Part shown: one piece after another, positions 1-8,459 of the stretch
Layout: each line of letters opens with the position of its first letter
Position numbering within the stretch: position 1 is the stretch's first letter
Source of the DNA: a virus
Taxonomy: Duplodnaviria > Caudoviricetes
Reading direction: 5' to 3' (one strand)
DNA: 32,565 nucleotides
Virus record (IMG/VR): IMGVR_UViG_3300037519_000052
Coordinates: 1-32,565 of that record
Position numbers and translations under genes: made by a program
The notes under the pieces: model-generated
Database searches by the model: none
What the model was told of the DNA's origin: nothing
Seen by the model: the letters and a program-made list of their open reading frames with translations, nothing else

Positions 1-700
1 CTCCAAATTGAAATTGATAAGTAGGATTAGAACCGCCAGAAATTCTATTAGCGTAGTATTTCATTACAACCCTATCAGTATCTAAAAATACACCATCATT
101 CCATATAGCAGTAGCACTAAATTCAATATAAACACCGCCATCGATTACAGGAATAGTATTGTCGCTAGTTGCAATTAATGTTTCAACCCCCGCACTTGTA
201 CGCTTGTAAACCTTAAAATAAAAAGACGCTTCTCCACTTCCCGAAATCCTTCTTATATTACCGATTGTGGTAATATTGAAAACACCAGGATTACCTACTA
301 TAATATTTGGCGTTGTTGCTAAACTACTAATTAACTGGTCCGTTGTTGTAATCGCTCCCGTTGAAATATCTACTGCTGTAGTGTTATAACTTGGGTCTGT
401 AATGCTAGTTACTATTTTAACATAGCCACCAATATCACTCGCTACATTTGTAGGGTAAAAAATAATATTTGAAGGTAAATCTTCTAAAGTAATAAAATGT
501 GAAATTCCATTATCTCCATCATTAACAAGTTGACTTGTTTTGGTTAAATCAATTCCTGTAACTTCTTTAATTTCGTTGTTAATGTGAATTTTTAATTTGT
601 TGTTGCTTAAATACATTGCACCATTCTCGATATTAATATCGCTTTCATTTTCGATTATATCGGTTTGCACTCGGTAAGTTGTATCTTTAAATGTTGCCAT
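1..700 (-). CDS. Virion structural or tail-fibre-associated protein, 5' part (continues at 32565; 283 aa if joined)
   Basis: Not in the ORF track. ATG at 700 (MATFKDTTYRVQ...), open to base 1 (...NPTYQFQFG); T/S/G/V-rich beta-type composition; follows the adaptor gene. Confidence 0.75.
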   Translation of the reverse strand, partial: MATFKDTTYRVQTDIIENESDINIENGAMYLSNNKLKIHINNEIKEVTGIDLTKTSQLVNDGDNGISHFITLEDLPSNIIFYPTNVASDIGGYVKIVTSITDPSYNTTAVDISTGAITTTDQLISSLATTPNIIVGNPGVFNITTIGNIRRISGSGEASFYFKVYKRTSAGVETLIATSDNTIPVIDGGVYIEFSATAIWNDGVFLDTDRVVMKYYANRISGGSNPTYQFQFG

Positions 701-791
701 TGTTATTTGGTTTAAATGGTTTATTTTTTTCTAACTTAATTAAAAATTTCTTTAATTTTTTTTCATTCTCGACTTGAGAAATTAACTGCAT
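687..791 (-). CDS. Small basic hypothetical protein (34 aa)
   Basis: Hand-translated MQLISQVENEKKLKKFLIKLEKNKPFKPNNNGNI; fills the gap between two genes. Confidence 0.5.
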   Translation of the reverse strand: MQLISQVENEKKLKKFLIKLEKNKPFKPNNNGNI

Positions 792-799
792 TTTTCTTA

Positions 800-1300
800 C
801 TATAAAACCCATCCTATAAAACTTGCGTCGTTATCTGGAAACATATCCCCGTTAGAATTTGTATTGTATTCAGGAAAACTAGATTGGTTATAACTCATAT
901 AGTCGATAAATCTAGTAGTATAATGATTTGCAACGCTTCTTTCTTTCTCAACTAAATAATCAATTTCACTTTTATCTACACTTGTAGCATTTTCAGATGT
1001 ATGTTTGAAAACTCCTTTATTTGCAATAGTGTAAGCGCTGAAAGGCAAAAACTCTACCAACGCCCAATGTATTAGCATCGGTTTAATATAGTCGCTTAAA
1101 AGGTCTTTATATGTTTGCGTTAAATTATTTGCTACAATTCCATCGTTAAACTTTTTAAATAATTTAGTTCCCAAATAGGTTTGTATATGAATGTCTTGAG
1201 AAATTGAAATAAATTGAATAAAGCGATCCGTATCAATATTTCCGTTTAATGCGGTAAATTTAACTAAGTCATCTCGTGTTATAAAAAGTGCTTTTGCCAT
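800..1300 (-). CDS. Putative head-tail adaptor/connector protein
   Basis: 166 aa helical protein directly after portal with 1-nt overlap; size and position typical of adaptors. Confidence 0.6.
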   Translation of the reverse strand: MAKALFITRDDLVKFTALNGNIDTDRFIQFISISQDIHIQTYLGTKLFKKFNDGIVANNLTQTYKDLLSDYIKPMLIHWALVEFLPFSAYTIANKGVFKHTSENATSVDKSEIDYLVEKERSVANHYTTRFIDYMSYNQSSFPEYNTNSNGDMFPDNDASFIGWVL

Positions 1301-3069
1301 TATTGTTTGTAATTTGGGTGATGTCCTCTATTTGGCATATCTATTGGCGCTATTTGCGCTTCTGCCCATCCACTTGGATTTGGATTATAACCAGCAATTG
1401 AATTTACTTCTTCACTTGAGCTTAATGCTTTATCAGGATATGGAGTTCCGTCTGTTTTAGTTTTTAATCTATAAAGACTTTCATTAAATACATGACCACA
1501 ATTAACACCGCCTTTAAATTTGAACAAAGAATAATTTTGACCATTATGTCCAAATTCAATATTTACACCTTGAAAACTTGCTTGGTCAATATCTTCTTTT
1601 CTGTAAACAACTCCGTTAGCAGTTCTTGCCATCATTTTTTTACAGAAATCTCTTGAATTTCCGCTTGAATATTTTTCAGCATATTCATAACGTACTTTGT
1701 AATTATCTTTATCTAATGAACTTTTTGCACTAGGAGAAGATTTTATAACTCCAGCAAATTTTTGTAATAAATTTTTTTTATCTTTTATTTTAGAATTTGC
1801 CCATTCATCTATAGAAATATTAGTATCTGAATATTCTCTTTTATCTACCAACTCCCATTCATCTGTTATATTTTCGCCTTTTAATAATTCAAGTATATTA
1901 TTTCCTTCTGCATCCGTTAAATCTTTACTTAAACAAGTATGCGAACTTAATTGAGTAGGAGTTTCAACCGATTTTGTTAATTCTCCTTCTGCATCTAATG
2001 GTTGTAATTGATTAAATTTTAAATCCAAACTAATTTCATTAAATGCTAAAACTTTATCTAAACCATCGCAAATAGTTTCTTGAAACGGCTTAATAACCAT
2101 ATTTTCAAAAAGAATATAAGAATTTTTTAATTCATCCGCATTTGCTGAAAATCCTGTTGAGGTTGCAATTCCAAAAAGTAACGGACTTGTTACATTGTGC
2201 GAAAGCATTATTTTAGCTAAACATTCATCTGACAAATATTTGTAATGTTCCGGAGCGTCGTTTAAAGGAATATCGTCAACGGTAGTCTTTTTAGTTTCGT
2301 CACTATTAAAAGCAACAATTACCTTTTTACCTTTTGAACCTGTTAACGTGGCTTTTACTTTATTTTGTATAATTGTTTGTTGCTCCGGAGTTGGAACGCC
2401 ATTATTAAAATTTACAATTTTAGTTCCCGAAAATCCGTTTTGAACTTCGTTAATTAAATAAGCGCTAACTTCCTGCTCTAAAGTTGCATATTCTAAACCA
2501 CCAATGTAGTCAATATTTGAATAATATTTTTGTCCAATAGTATAATTGCCCACCCGCAAAACCTCTAATTTTTCGGACTTACTTCCGTAGCCAAATAAAG
2601 GGATTCTTTTAGGTGGGAATTTTTTAATATCTTGCCAGTTATCGGAGTAGTAAATTGCATTTATAACTCCATCTTTGTCGCATTTTTCAGAACGTACTAA
2701 ATTAGTCGGTAAATGTTCAACTCTTACAATTTTACTTTTTTGCTCGTTGTAGATTAATTGCAAATTATACTCTCCCAATAATTTCAAATCTTTTGCTATT
2801 TTCTTAATTGTGTCTTTTGAAAATAACATTTTCATTTGTGCGTACTCATTCGGTTTGCGATTTGCATCATTTGCCGTTAACCCTTTGCCGTAAATTAATT
2901 TAGAAATATTATTTATTACTGCATTATTTGTAGTAGAACCATTATAACGGTCTATTAAAAATTGGTAATAATTGTTTTCCTCTCCAAAATCTACCCATTC
3001 CTCGCGTTTATTTTCAGTAATTTTAGGAGCTTGGTAGTCCGCTAATTGTATAAAGTGTATATTACTCAT
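1300..3069 (-). CDS. Portal protein with C-terminal Cys/His (MuF-like) extension
   Basis: N-terminal ~360 aa with portal-like motifs (WVDFGEENNY, NGFSG, IMLSHNVTSPLLFGI, VIKPFQ); C-terminal SRDFC...KGGVNCGH. Confidence 0.8.
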   Translation of the reverse strand: MSNIHFIQLADYQAPKITENKREEWVDFGEENNYYQFLIDRYNGSTTNNAVINNISKLIYGKGLTANDANRKPNEYAQMKMLFSKDTIKKIAKDLKLLGEYNLQLIYNEQKSKIVRVEHLPTNLVRSEKCDKDGVINAIYYSDNWQDIKKFPPKRIPLFGYGSKSEKLEVLRVGNYTIGQKYYSNIDYIGGLEYATLEQEVSAYLINEVQNGFSGTKIVNFNNGVPTPEQQTIIQNKVKATLTGSKGKKVIVAFNSDETKKTTVDDIPLNDAPEHYKYLSDECLAKIMLSHNVTSPLLFGIATSTGFSANADELKNSYILFENMVIKPFQETICDGLDKVLAFNEISLDLKFNQLQPLDAEGELTKSVETPTQLSSHTCLSKDLTDAEGNNILELLKGENITDEWELVDKREYSDTNISIDEWANSKIKDKKNLLQKFAGVIKSSPSAKSSLDKDNYKVRYEYAEKYSSGNSRDFCKKMMARTANGVVYRKEDIDQASFQGVNIEFGHNGQNYSLFKFKGGVNCGHVFNESLYRLKTKTDGTPYPDKALSSSEEVNSIAGYNPNPSGWAEAQIAPIDMPNRGHHPNYKQ

Positions 3070-3406
3070 AAATTATAAATTCGTTGCTTGTATGGTTCGC
3101 TACGTAGTCACCATTGTTAATTGTATAATCTTGTATTGGTTGATTTGTACACATAATTTTATCACGATATAAAGGAAATCCTTTTTTATCGAAACAATTT
3201 AATCGGTATGTATGTCCATCAATTAAAAAACTAAATGTTCTACTCGATAAAAATTTAACATAATATTTTTCAGTTACTAAAACGGGGTTGGTTATAGTAG
3301 TTGAAGTATTGGTTAATTCGTCGATAAATACCATCGAAGTAATATCTTTACTTCTTGGCATAAACTTGAAATTTTGTGTAAATGTATAGTCTTTCAATAT
3401 TATCAT
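3062..3406 (-). CDS. Hypothetical structural protein (possible head closure)
   Basis: 114 aa beta-rich ORF behind a late-promoter motif, overlapping the portal start. Confidence 0.55.
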   Translation of the reverse strand: MIILKDYTFTQNFKFMPRSKDITSMVFIDELTNTSTTITNPVLVTEKYYVKFLSSRTFSFLIDGHTYRLNCFDKKGFPLYRDKIMCTNQPIQDYTINNGDYVANHTSNEFIIYE

Positions 3407-3439
3407 ACTTATATAACGTAAAAGATGCGTTTTTGTTTC
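3407..3439 (-). promoter_or_regulatory. Putative late (ECF-sigma-type) promoter, copy 1
   Basis: Minus strand GAAACAAAAACGCATCTTTTACGTTATATAAGT-ATG; AAC-N16-CGTTAT; C of CGT is 12 nt before the ATG. Confidence 0.75.
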
Positions 3440-3442
3440 TAT

Positions 3443-3472
3443 AAAAAAAGCCTACTATTAAAGTAGGCTTTT
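3443..3472 (-). terminator. Rho-independent terminator after tail tube gene
   Basis: AAAAGCCTAC-TTTAATA-GTAGGCTTTT with continuing T run on minus strand. Confidence 0.85.
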
Positions 3473-3493
3473 AAAACAATATGAAAACAATTA

Positions 3494-4021
3494 TTAAGTA
3501 CCAGAAACAATTGTAAATCCTAAAGAAACTAAATCGTCACCCAAGAAATTAGCAGCCGTTTTTTCCATTCCTTTAAGCTCTAAAGTATAACCAGAAGCGT
3601 CACCCATATTTACACCAGAAGTAATAGTTCCAGAAGTTAATTCCATTCCGTGCTCTAAACCACAAAGGAATAAATTTCCGTTGTTCATCTCTACAATTAC
3701 AACTGGTCTACCATACGCCAAAAGTTTAATTTCCTTGTGCATTGTAGCAGTTAATTTCTTTAAACTTAGTTTTAAACTTTGTTCAAAGAAAGTAGTTCCA
3801 TTTTCTCTTGAAGAGGTTATAGTTTGGTCTAAACTATTTGTTCCTTTCAATTCGTATTTGTAAGCGGTTGGTGTTCCCGTTACCGTATCAATTACATCAG
3901 TGTTAGTTACATTGTAAGTAACTCCTGTCATATCCCCAAAATTAACAAAGTAACAAGCTTTTAAACCCGCTACGTTATCCTTACATGGTTCTAAATATCC
4001 CAAACTTAAATCGCACGCCAT
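3494..4021 (-). CDS. Major tail (tube) protein
   Basis: 175 aa, MACDL...C...GLK start, SRENGTTFFEQ and GDASGYTLEL motifs; follows capsid gene; flanked by terminators. Confidence 0.7.
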   Translation of the reverse strand: MACDLSLGYLEPCKDNVAGLKACYFVNFGDMTGVTYNVTNTDVIDTVTGTPTAYKYELKGTNSLDQTITSSRENGTTFFEQSLKLSLKKLTATMHKEIKLLAYGRPVVIVEMNNGNLFLCGLEHGMELTSGTITSGVNMGDASGYTLELKGMEKTAANFLGDDLVSLGFTIVSGT

Positions 4022-4061
4022 CTGTATTTTTGTATTAAATTATTAATAATCAGTTAGTTAT

Positions 4062-4092
4062 AAAAAAAGGTGGTGTTTATTGCACCACCTTT
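4062..4092 (-). terminator. Rho-independent terminator after major capsid gene
   Basis: AAAGGTGGTG-CAATAAA-CACCACCTTT with continuing T run on minus strand. Confidence 0.88.
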
Positions 4093-4112
4093 AATCTTTT
4101 TATTTTCAGCTA

Positions 4113-5075
4113 TTAATTAGCTGAGTTTGTAATTCCGTAAGTAACGATGTCCTCAATTGCAGCGTATTGAACACCTGCAGCCATTCTCATCACAATTCTT
4201 ACATTATTAGATCCATCAGTTTCTGACATGTCTATAACTTTTACTTCTTGTAAATCTGAATTTAAAGAAAGTCCAAAAAACAAGTTAGATTTTGTAGTAG
4301 CTACTGCCTGTGTAGCAGTTAATCCATTTGCAACAAAAATCTTAACCCCGTCAAAAGTTAAACTTCCATTGTTGTACCATTGTGTACCCATTGCATTAGT
4401 ACCATTCGCACCTAAACCACTTGCACCAAATCCACCCAAAGCACGAACGTAAGCTCTTGCAGTTGCTTGAGAAACATACAAATACAAATCTTCTTTTCCG
4501 TAAAGTGTTGCAGGAATAGCATCAACGATTTTTCCTAATTCTGTGATTACTGTTGCAGCAGCAGTAATGTTAGTTGAAGTAGCAGCAATTTCTTGAGCTG
4601 TAGGCAAACCAGCATCTAAAGCAATTTTAGTTACAAATCCATCAAATTGTCCACTTGTAGCAGTAGCACCATTCCAGATAGCAACTTCATTTTGTGCAGC
4701 AACTTTAGAAGCTACATATCCAATTAAGTATTCTTGAAAAGATGGAGGCAAAGTATCAAAAGATGAATAACCTTGCTCAATTCCTTGCCAAGTTGTATGG
4801 AAAGTTTTTTTACATAATTCTAAATTTACTTGCAAATCTTTTACAGTCAAAACTCTTTCAGTCAAAGTAACTGTAGAAGTTGAAGTAAAGTCACAAGTAG
4901 CATCTTTTAATAAACCATCAGTCGCAATTTTCTGTAAAACTTGTTTGTATTTTACATTTGGTAATACTTCAACACCACCATTTTCGATAGTTGGAGAAGA
5001 AAGTAATGCAGCCGCCACATATTTAGAAGCGAATTCACCTGCATAGGTTGTTGTTAATGAAAGCGTTGTAGCCAT
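4113..5075 (-). CDS. Major capsid protein (HK97 fold inferred)
   Basis: 320 aa, follows protease and scaffold; EVAIWNG...FDGF motif; followed by a terminator. Confidence 0.85.
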   Translation of the reverse strand: MATTLSLTTTYAGEFASKYVAAALLSSPTIENGGVEVLPNVKYKQVLQKIATDGLLKDATCDFTSTSTVTLTERVLTVKDLQVNLELCKKTFHTTWQGIEQGYSSFDTLPPSFQEYLIGYVASKVAAQNEVAIWNGATATSGQFDGFVTKIALDAGLPTAQEIAATSTNITAAATVITELGKIVDAIPATLYGKEDLYLYVSQATARAYVRALGGFGASGLGANGTNAMGTQWYNNGSLTFDGVKIFVANGLTATQAVATTKSNLFFGLSLNSDLQEVKVIDMSETDGSNNVRIVMRMAAGVQYAAIEDIVTYGITNSAN

Positions 5076-5093
5076 TTTTTAAATATTTATTAG

Positions 5094-5651
5094 TTAGTTT
5101 TTAAATAATTTTGCGAAAACTACGTCTTCTGTAGTTCTTTCACGTTTTGATGCAATTTGAAAAGAGTTTTTTTCAACTACATTTTCAGGGTTATGCGTAA
5201 TAATTGAAGCAGCAGGAACATTACTCGCTAATTCAACTTTTAATGCTTCAATTTCAGCTTTTAATGCAGCGTTAATTGTTGCGAAATTTTCAACCTCAGC
5301 AAAGAAAGTTTCTTTAGATACTGTTTCAACTACTTTTTTAGCTGTAGCTTCTGCCATAACAGGTTCGGTTGCTTCTGTTTTAGGTGCTTCCTCTTCTGTT
5401 TCTGCTTTTGTAGGTGCAATTGAAGCAATAATTCCTTCAACTTCTACCACCAATACATCCCCATTTGCTAAAGTATATTCTCCAACAGGCATTGGTATTG
5501 CACCCTCTGGTGTAACTATTCCAATAGAATAATCTGGAGCAAACTCCTCTGCTTCAACGGTGGTAACCCCATCCATTAAAGTTTGTTGAGCCAACTTAAT
5601 TTCCATAGAAAGTAGTTGCTTAACATTGTTTAGTACATTTTTGTAAGTCAT
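5094..5651 (-). CDS. Putative capsid scaffolding protein
   Basis: Acidic, PVGEYTLANG motif, C-terminal coiled coil; sits between protease and capsid. Confidence 0.65.
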   Translation of the reverse strand: MTYKNVLNNVKQLLSMEIKLAQQTLMDGVTTVEAEEFAPDYSIGIVTPEGAIPMPVGEYTLANGDVLVVEVEGIIASIAPTKAETEEEAPKTEATEPVMAEATAKKVVETVSKETFFAEVENFATINAALKAEIEALKVELASNVPAASIITHNPENVVEKNSFQIASKRERTTEDVVFAKLFKN

Positions 5652-5657
5652 ATTTAA

Positions 5658-5843
5658 TTAATTGTTAGTAATTACTCGTGTTGTGTTCGTGTTAACCACG
5701 TTTGAAATTGTTTGCTCAACTAATGATCCAATCCCTTGAGCTAATGTTTCTCCCGTGCAACATTCTTTTTTATATTTGCCATCTTTACAAAGGCATCCTC
5801 TTTTGCCACCTACGGGGCTTGTTTTACTTTTACTTGTTGCCAT
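5658..5843 (-). CDS. Small Cys-rich hypothetical protein
   Basis: 61 aa with RGCLCKDG...ECC...AQGIG; overlaps the protease stop. Confidence 0.65.
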   Translation of the reverse strand: MATSKSKTSPVGGKRGCLCKDGKYKKECCTGETLAQGIGSLVEQTISNVVNTNTTRVITNN

Positions 5844-6399
5844 TTAATAACTCTTTTAGTTGTTGAATTAACTCCTTATTTTTAGAACTCATTTCTGCCT
5901 TATCTGCAAAATACCCCTCTATTGAAAATCCTTTAATTTCTCCAGCTTTTACTTTGCTCCAAATTTCATCGTTATTGCATTTCATCGAAATCATCCAGGT
6001 ACCTTTTGGCAAACTAAAACCATACTCTTTTGACTTGTCCATTTCGGGATTATCAATTATCCAACTTTCAACTACCGACATATCTTTTATTGCTTTGTCG
6101 TGCATTAAAGTTGCATTGTTTTGATTTCCGTTTATTAAGAATAATTCAGATGCTTGTTTAATTGTTTCAGAAGAAAAATAAACATAAAATTCATCTTTGC
6201 CATTCTTGCGAAATATTTGTTTATTTGGAATTAAAGCCGCACCCATTAAAATACGTTTGTCGTTATCGACTTCTGTAAATTCAATTTTTATGTGCTCTTT
6301 TAATGCAATCCAATCGGATTCAATAGCGGGTTTGTCGACTACACTAATTGCATCGACTCCGTCCGTTTCTTTGTTTAATACTAATTCAAATATTTGCAT
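5830..6399 (-). CDS. Prohead protease (XkdF-like serine protease)
   Basis: AISVVDKPAIE, TLMH, VESWI, GTW, VKAGEIKGFSIEG motifs. Start moved to the second ATG (6399) because the first ATG lies within the promoter motif. Confidence 0.85.
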   Translation of the reverse strand: MQIFELVLNKETDGVDAISVVDKPAIESDWIALKEHIKIEFTEVDNDKRILMGAALIPNKQIFRKNGKDEFYVYFSSETIKQASELFLINGNQNNATLMHDKAIKDMSVVESWIIDNPEMDKSKEYGFSLPKGTWMISMKCNNDEIWSKVKAGEIKGFSIEGYFADKAEMSSKNKELIQQLKELLNGNK

Positions 6400-6432
6400 A
6401 CTCATATAACGTTATTTAATTTGTTTTGTTTC
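6400..6432 (-). promoter_or_regulatory. Putative late (ECF-sigma-type) promoter, copy 2
   Basis: Minus strand GAAACAAAACAAATTAAATAACGTTATATGAGT-ATG; same N16 spacer and 12-nt distance to ATG. Confidence 0.75.
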
Positions 6433-6457
6433 TAAATCGTGTTTAAAGCATTGATAA

Positions 6458-8320
6458 TTAACCTAATGTAGCGTTAGAAACTATATTTCTATTCAACCCT
6501 TGAGCCGTTGTTACGTCGCCAGCAGTTACATAAGTTTTTAAAACAGGCGCGCCTTGTTGTTGCATAACTCCAGCAATTTGATTTACACCACTATTACCTA
6601 CTACATTGAAACTTGGTGCAGCGGGTGCAGAAGGAACGCCGCCAGCACTTGGAGCACTGCCACCTCCAGCACTAACAGAACCACCTCCAGATAATAATTG
6701 TTTCGCTTTTGATATATTAGAAGCTACAGACATAGCAGTAGTAGCATAAGAAATAACTCTTGCAATTGTACCAATACCAGGTACTAATGGAAATGCTAAT
6801 TGAGCAGCGACACCCTCTGCATTTGCTAAAGTTGAAGCTTTAGATAATGCGACTGCTGAGTCAATTCCAATTTGAGTTAATGCAATAGTTTTAGATAGCA
6901 CTTGACCTGCTTTTGTTTTTGCTAATCCTGTAGATTCTAAACCCGAAATAATACTTGTAAGATTTTCTTTTGAAGTAGCAATTGCTAAATCTTTATTTTT
7001 TTGAAGCTCCTCCTCTTCTTTTGCGTTTTTTCGTAATTTATTTAATTTATCCGCAGCTATTCCATCAGTTAGAATAGCATCAGCTTCATCAAATGCTTTC
7101 TTATCTTCGAAATCAGTATTTTTTTGATTTGTAGCAATTTCTTTATATTTATTCCAATAATCACTATTTTCTTTTTCAATTCTTTCTTTTTCTTCTTTCG
7201 CGAATTTTGCTCTTTGTTCAGCTTTCTTTTTATCAGCTTCAATTTGTTTTTCTAATAAATCATCGTGATGTTTCTTTGCATCATCTTGAGCCTTTTTATT
7301 TGCATCGGTACGCTCTTGAACTATTGCAACCTCGTTATCAGTTATTACTTTTCTTCTATCTTTATAGCTTGCGTATAAACCCTCTCTTTGTTTATCAAAA
7401 GAAGTATAAGCAGCTTTTACCAATTTATCTTGTGCGGCAATTACTTCATCACTTGCTCCATTTGCTTTTAACGCTGCTAATGTATCGGCTTCACGTAAAA
7501 AAGTCGAACGAGCTAACATTGTATTTTTTTTATTTAAAGCAATAGTTTCTTCTGCGTGCTTTAAAGATAGTTTTCGGAGTTCTTCTGCACTTGCTCCACT
7601 TGCTTTAGCCAAAGCATATTGTTTGTCGTTATTTTCTTTTAATGCTTCGCTATTTGATTTGGTAGATTTCTCTTGTTCTTTTAAAGCATTTGTATTTTTT
7701 TTAGTTGCAGCCATAGCGGTTTCATTTGCTGCTGCTGATTCCATAAAAAATGAAATCAATTTATATCCCGCTGCAATAACTGCAGCAATAACTAAAACAA
7801 TTGCGCCTAATGGATTTGCCGACATTGCTGCATTCCATAACCATTGAGCAGCAGTTGAAATTTTTTGTACTAATGTATAAGAAGAAACAACTGCTCTTAA
7901 TTGTTTAAAAGAGTCTACGCTTTCACCTACTGCTTGAAGTCCAGAAGATAAAGCCATTGCAGATTGAACTTTTAAAATAAGTCCTTCTACTTCTTTTGAT
8001 TGTCCACCAAGTAAACCATAAGCACCAGTTACAGCAGCTAAACCACCAGCCGCACCACTTAAAGAAGCTGTTAACGATTTAAACTTTGCATCTGGATTAA
8101 AAGCATCGGTTAACGCTTTCGCATCTCCAATTTTATCCTTTAATTCTCCAGCTTTTTTTGCTGCTTCAACTGCTTCCTTTGAAGTTGCTCCAAACTTGTC
8201 AGATAAAGCAGCGACTTCATTTTGCGCCTCACGCAATTGTGATTTTAAACTACCTACAGATTTCTCCGCTTGGTCAATATTAGTCTGTAAATCTAACGTT
8301 ACTACTTTATTTTCCGCCAT
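6458..8320 (-). CDS. Tail tape measure protein
   Basis: 620 aa Ala/Lys-rich helical protein; AAQWLWNAAMSANPLGAIV motif; Gly/Ser/Pro linker before the C-terminus. Confidence 0.85.
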   Translation of the reverse strand: MAENKVVTLDLQTNIDQAEKSVGSLKSQLREAQNEVAALSDKFGATSKEAVEAAKKAGELKDKIGDAKALTDAFNPDAKFKSLTASLSGAAGGLAAVTGAYGLLGGQSKEVEGLILKVQSAMALSSGLQAVGESVDSFKQLRAVVSSYTLVQKISTAAQWLWNAAMSANPLGAIVLVIAAVIAAGYKLISFFMESAAANETAMAATKKNTNALKEQEKSTKSNSEALKENNDKQYALAKASGASAEELRKLSLKHAEETIALNKKNTMLARSTFLREADTLAALKANGASDEVIAAQDKLVKAAYTSFDKQREGLYASYKDRRKVITDNEVAIVQERTDANKKAQDDAKKHHDDLLEKQIEADKKKAEQRAKFAKEEKERIEKENSDYWNKYKEIATNQKNTDFEDKKAFDEADAILTDGIAADKLNKLRKNAKEEEELQKNKDLAIATSKENLTSIISGLESTGLAKTKAGQVLSKTIALTQIGIDSAVALSKASTLANAEGVAAQLAFPLVPGIGTIARVISYATTAMSVASNISKAKQLLSGGGSVSAGGGSAPSAGGVPSAPAAPSFNVVGNSGVNQIAGVMQQQGAPVLKTYVTAGDVTTAQGLNRNIVSNATLG

Positions 8321-8459
8321 TTTTTATAAATCTTTTAAGTTGTTTAAATCCTTTTTTCCACGTTTTTGGAATTTCATTTTTACCTTTTGCAATTTCTATA
8401 TTTTCAGAAATTCCGTAATGTTCGTGTAGCTGTAATAGTTGTATTATATTTTTAAGCAT
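8307..8459 (-). CDS. Small hypothetical protein (50 aa)
   Basis: Hand-translated MLKNIIQLLQLHEHYGISENIEIAKGKNEIPKTWKKGFKQLKRFIKNGGK; overlaps both neighbours. Confidence 0.65.
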   Translation of the reverse strand: MLKNIIQLLQLHEHYGISENIEIAKGKNEIPKTWKKGFKQLKRFIKNGGK

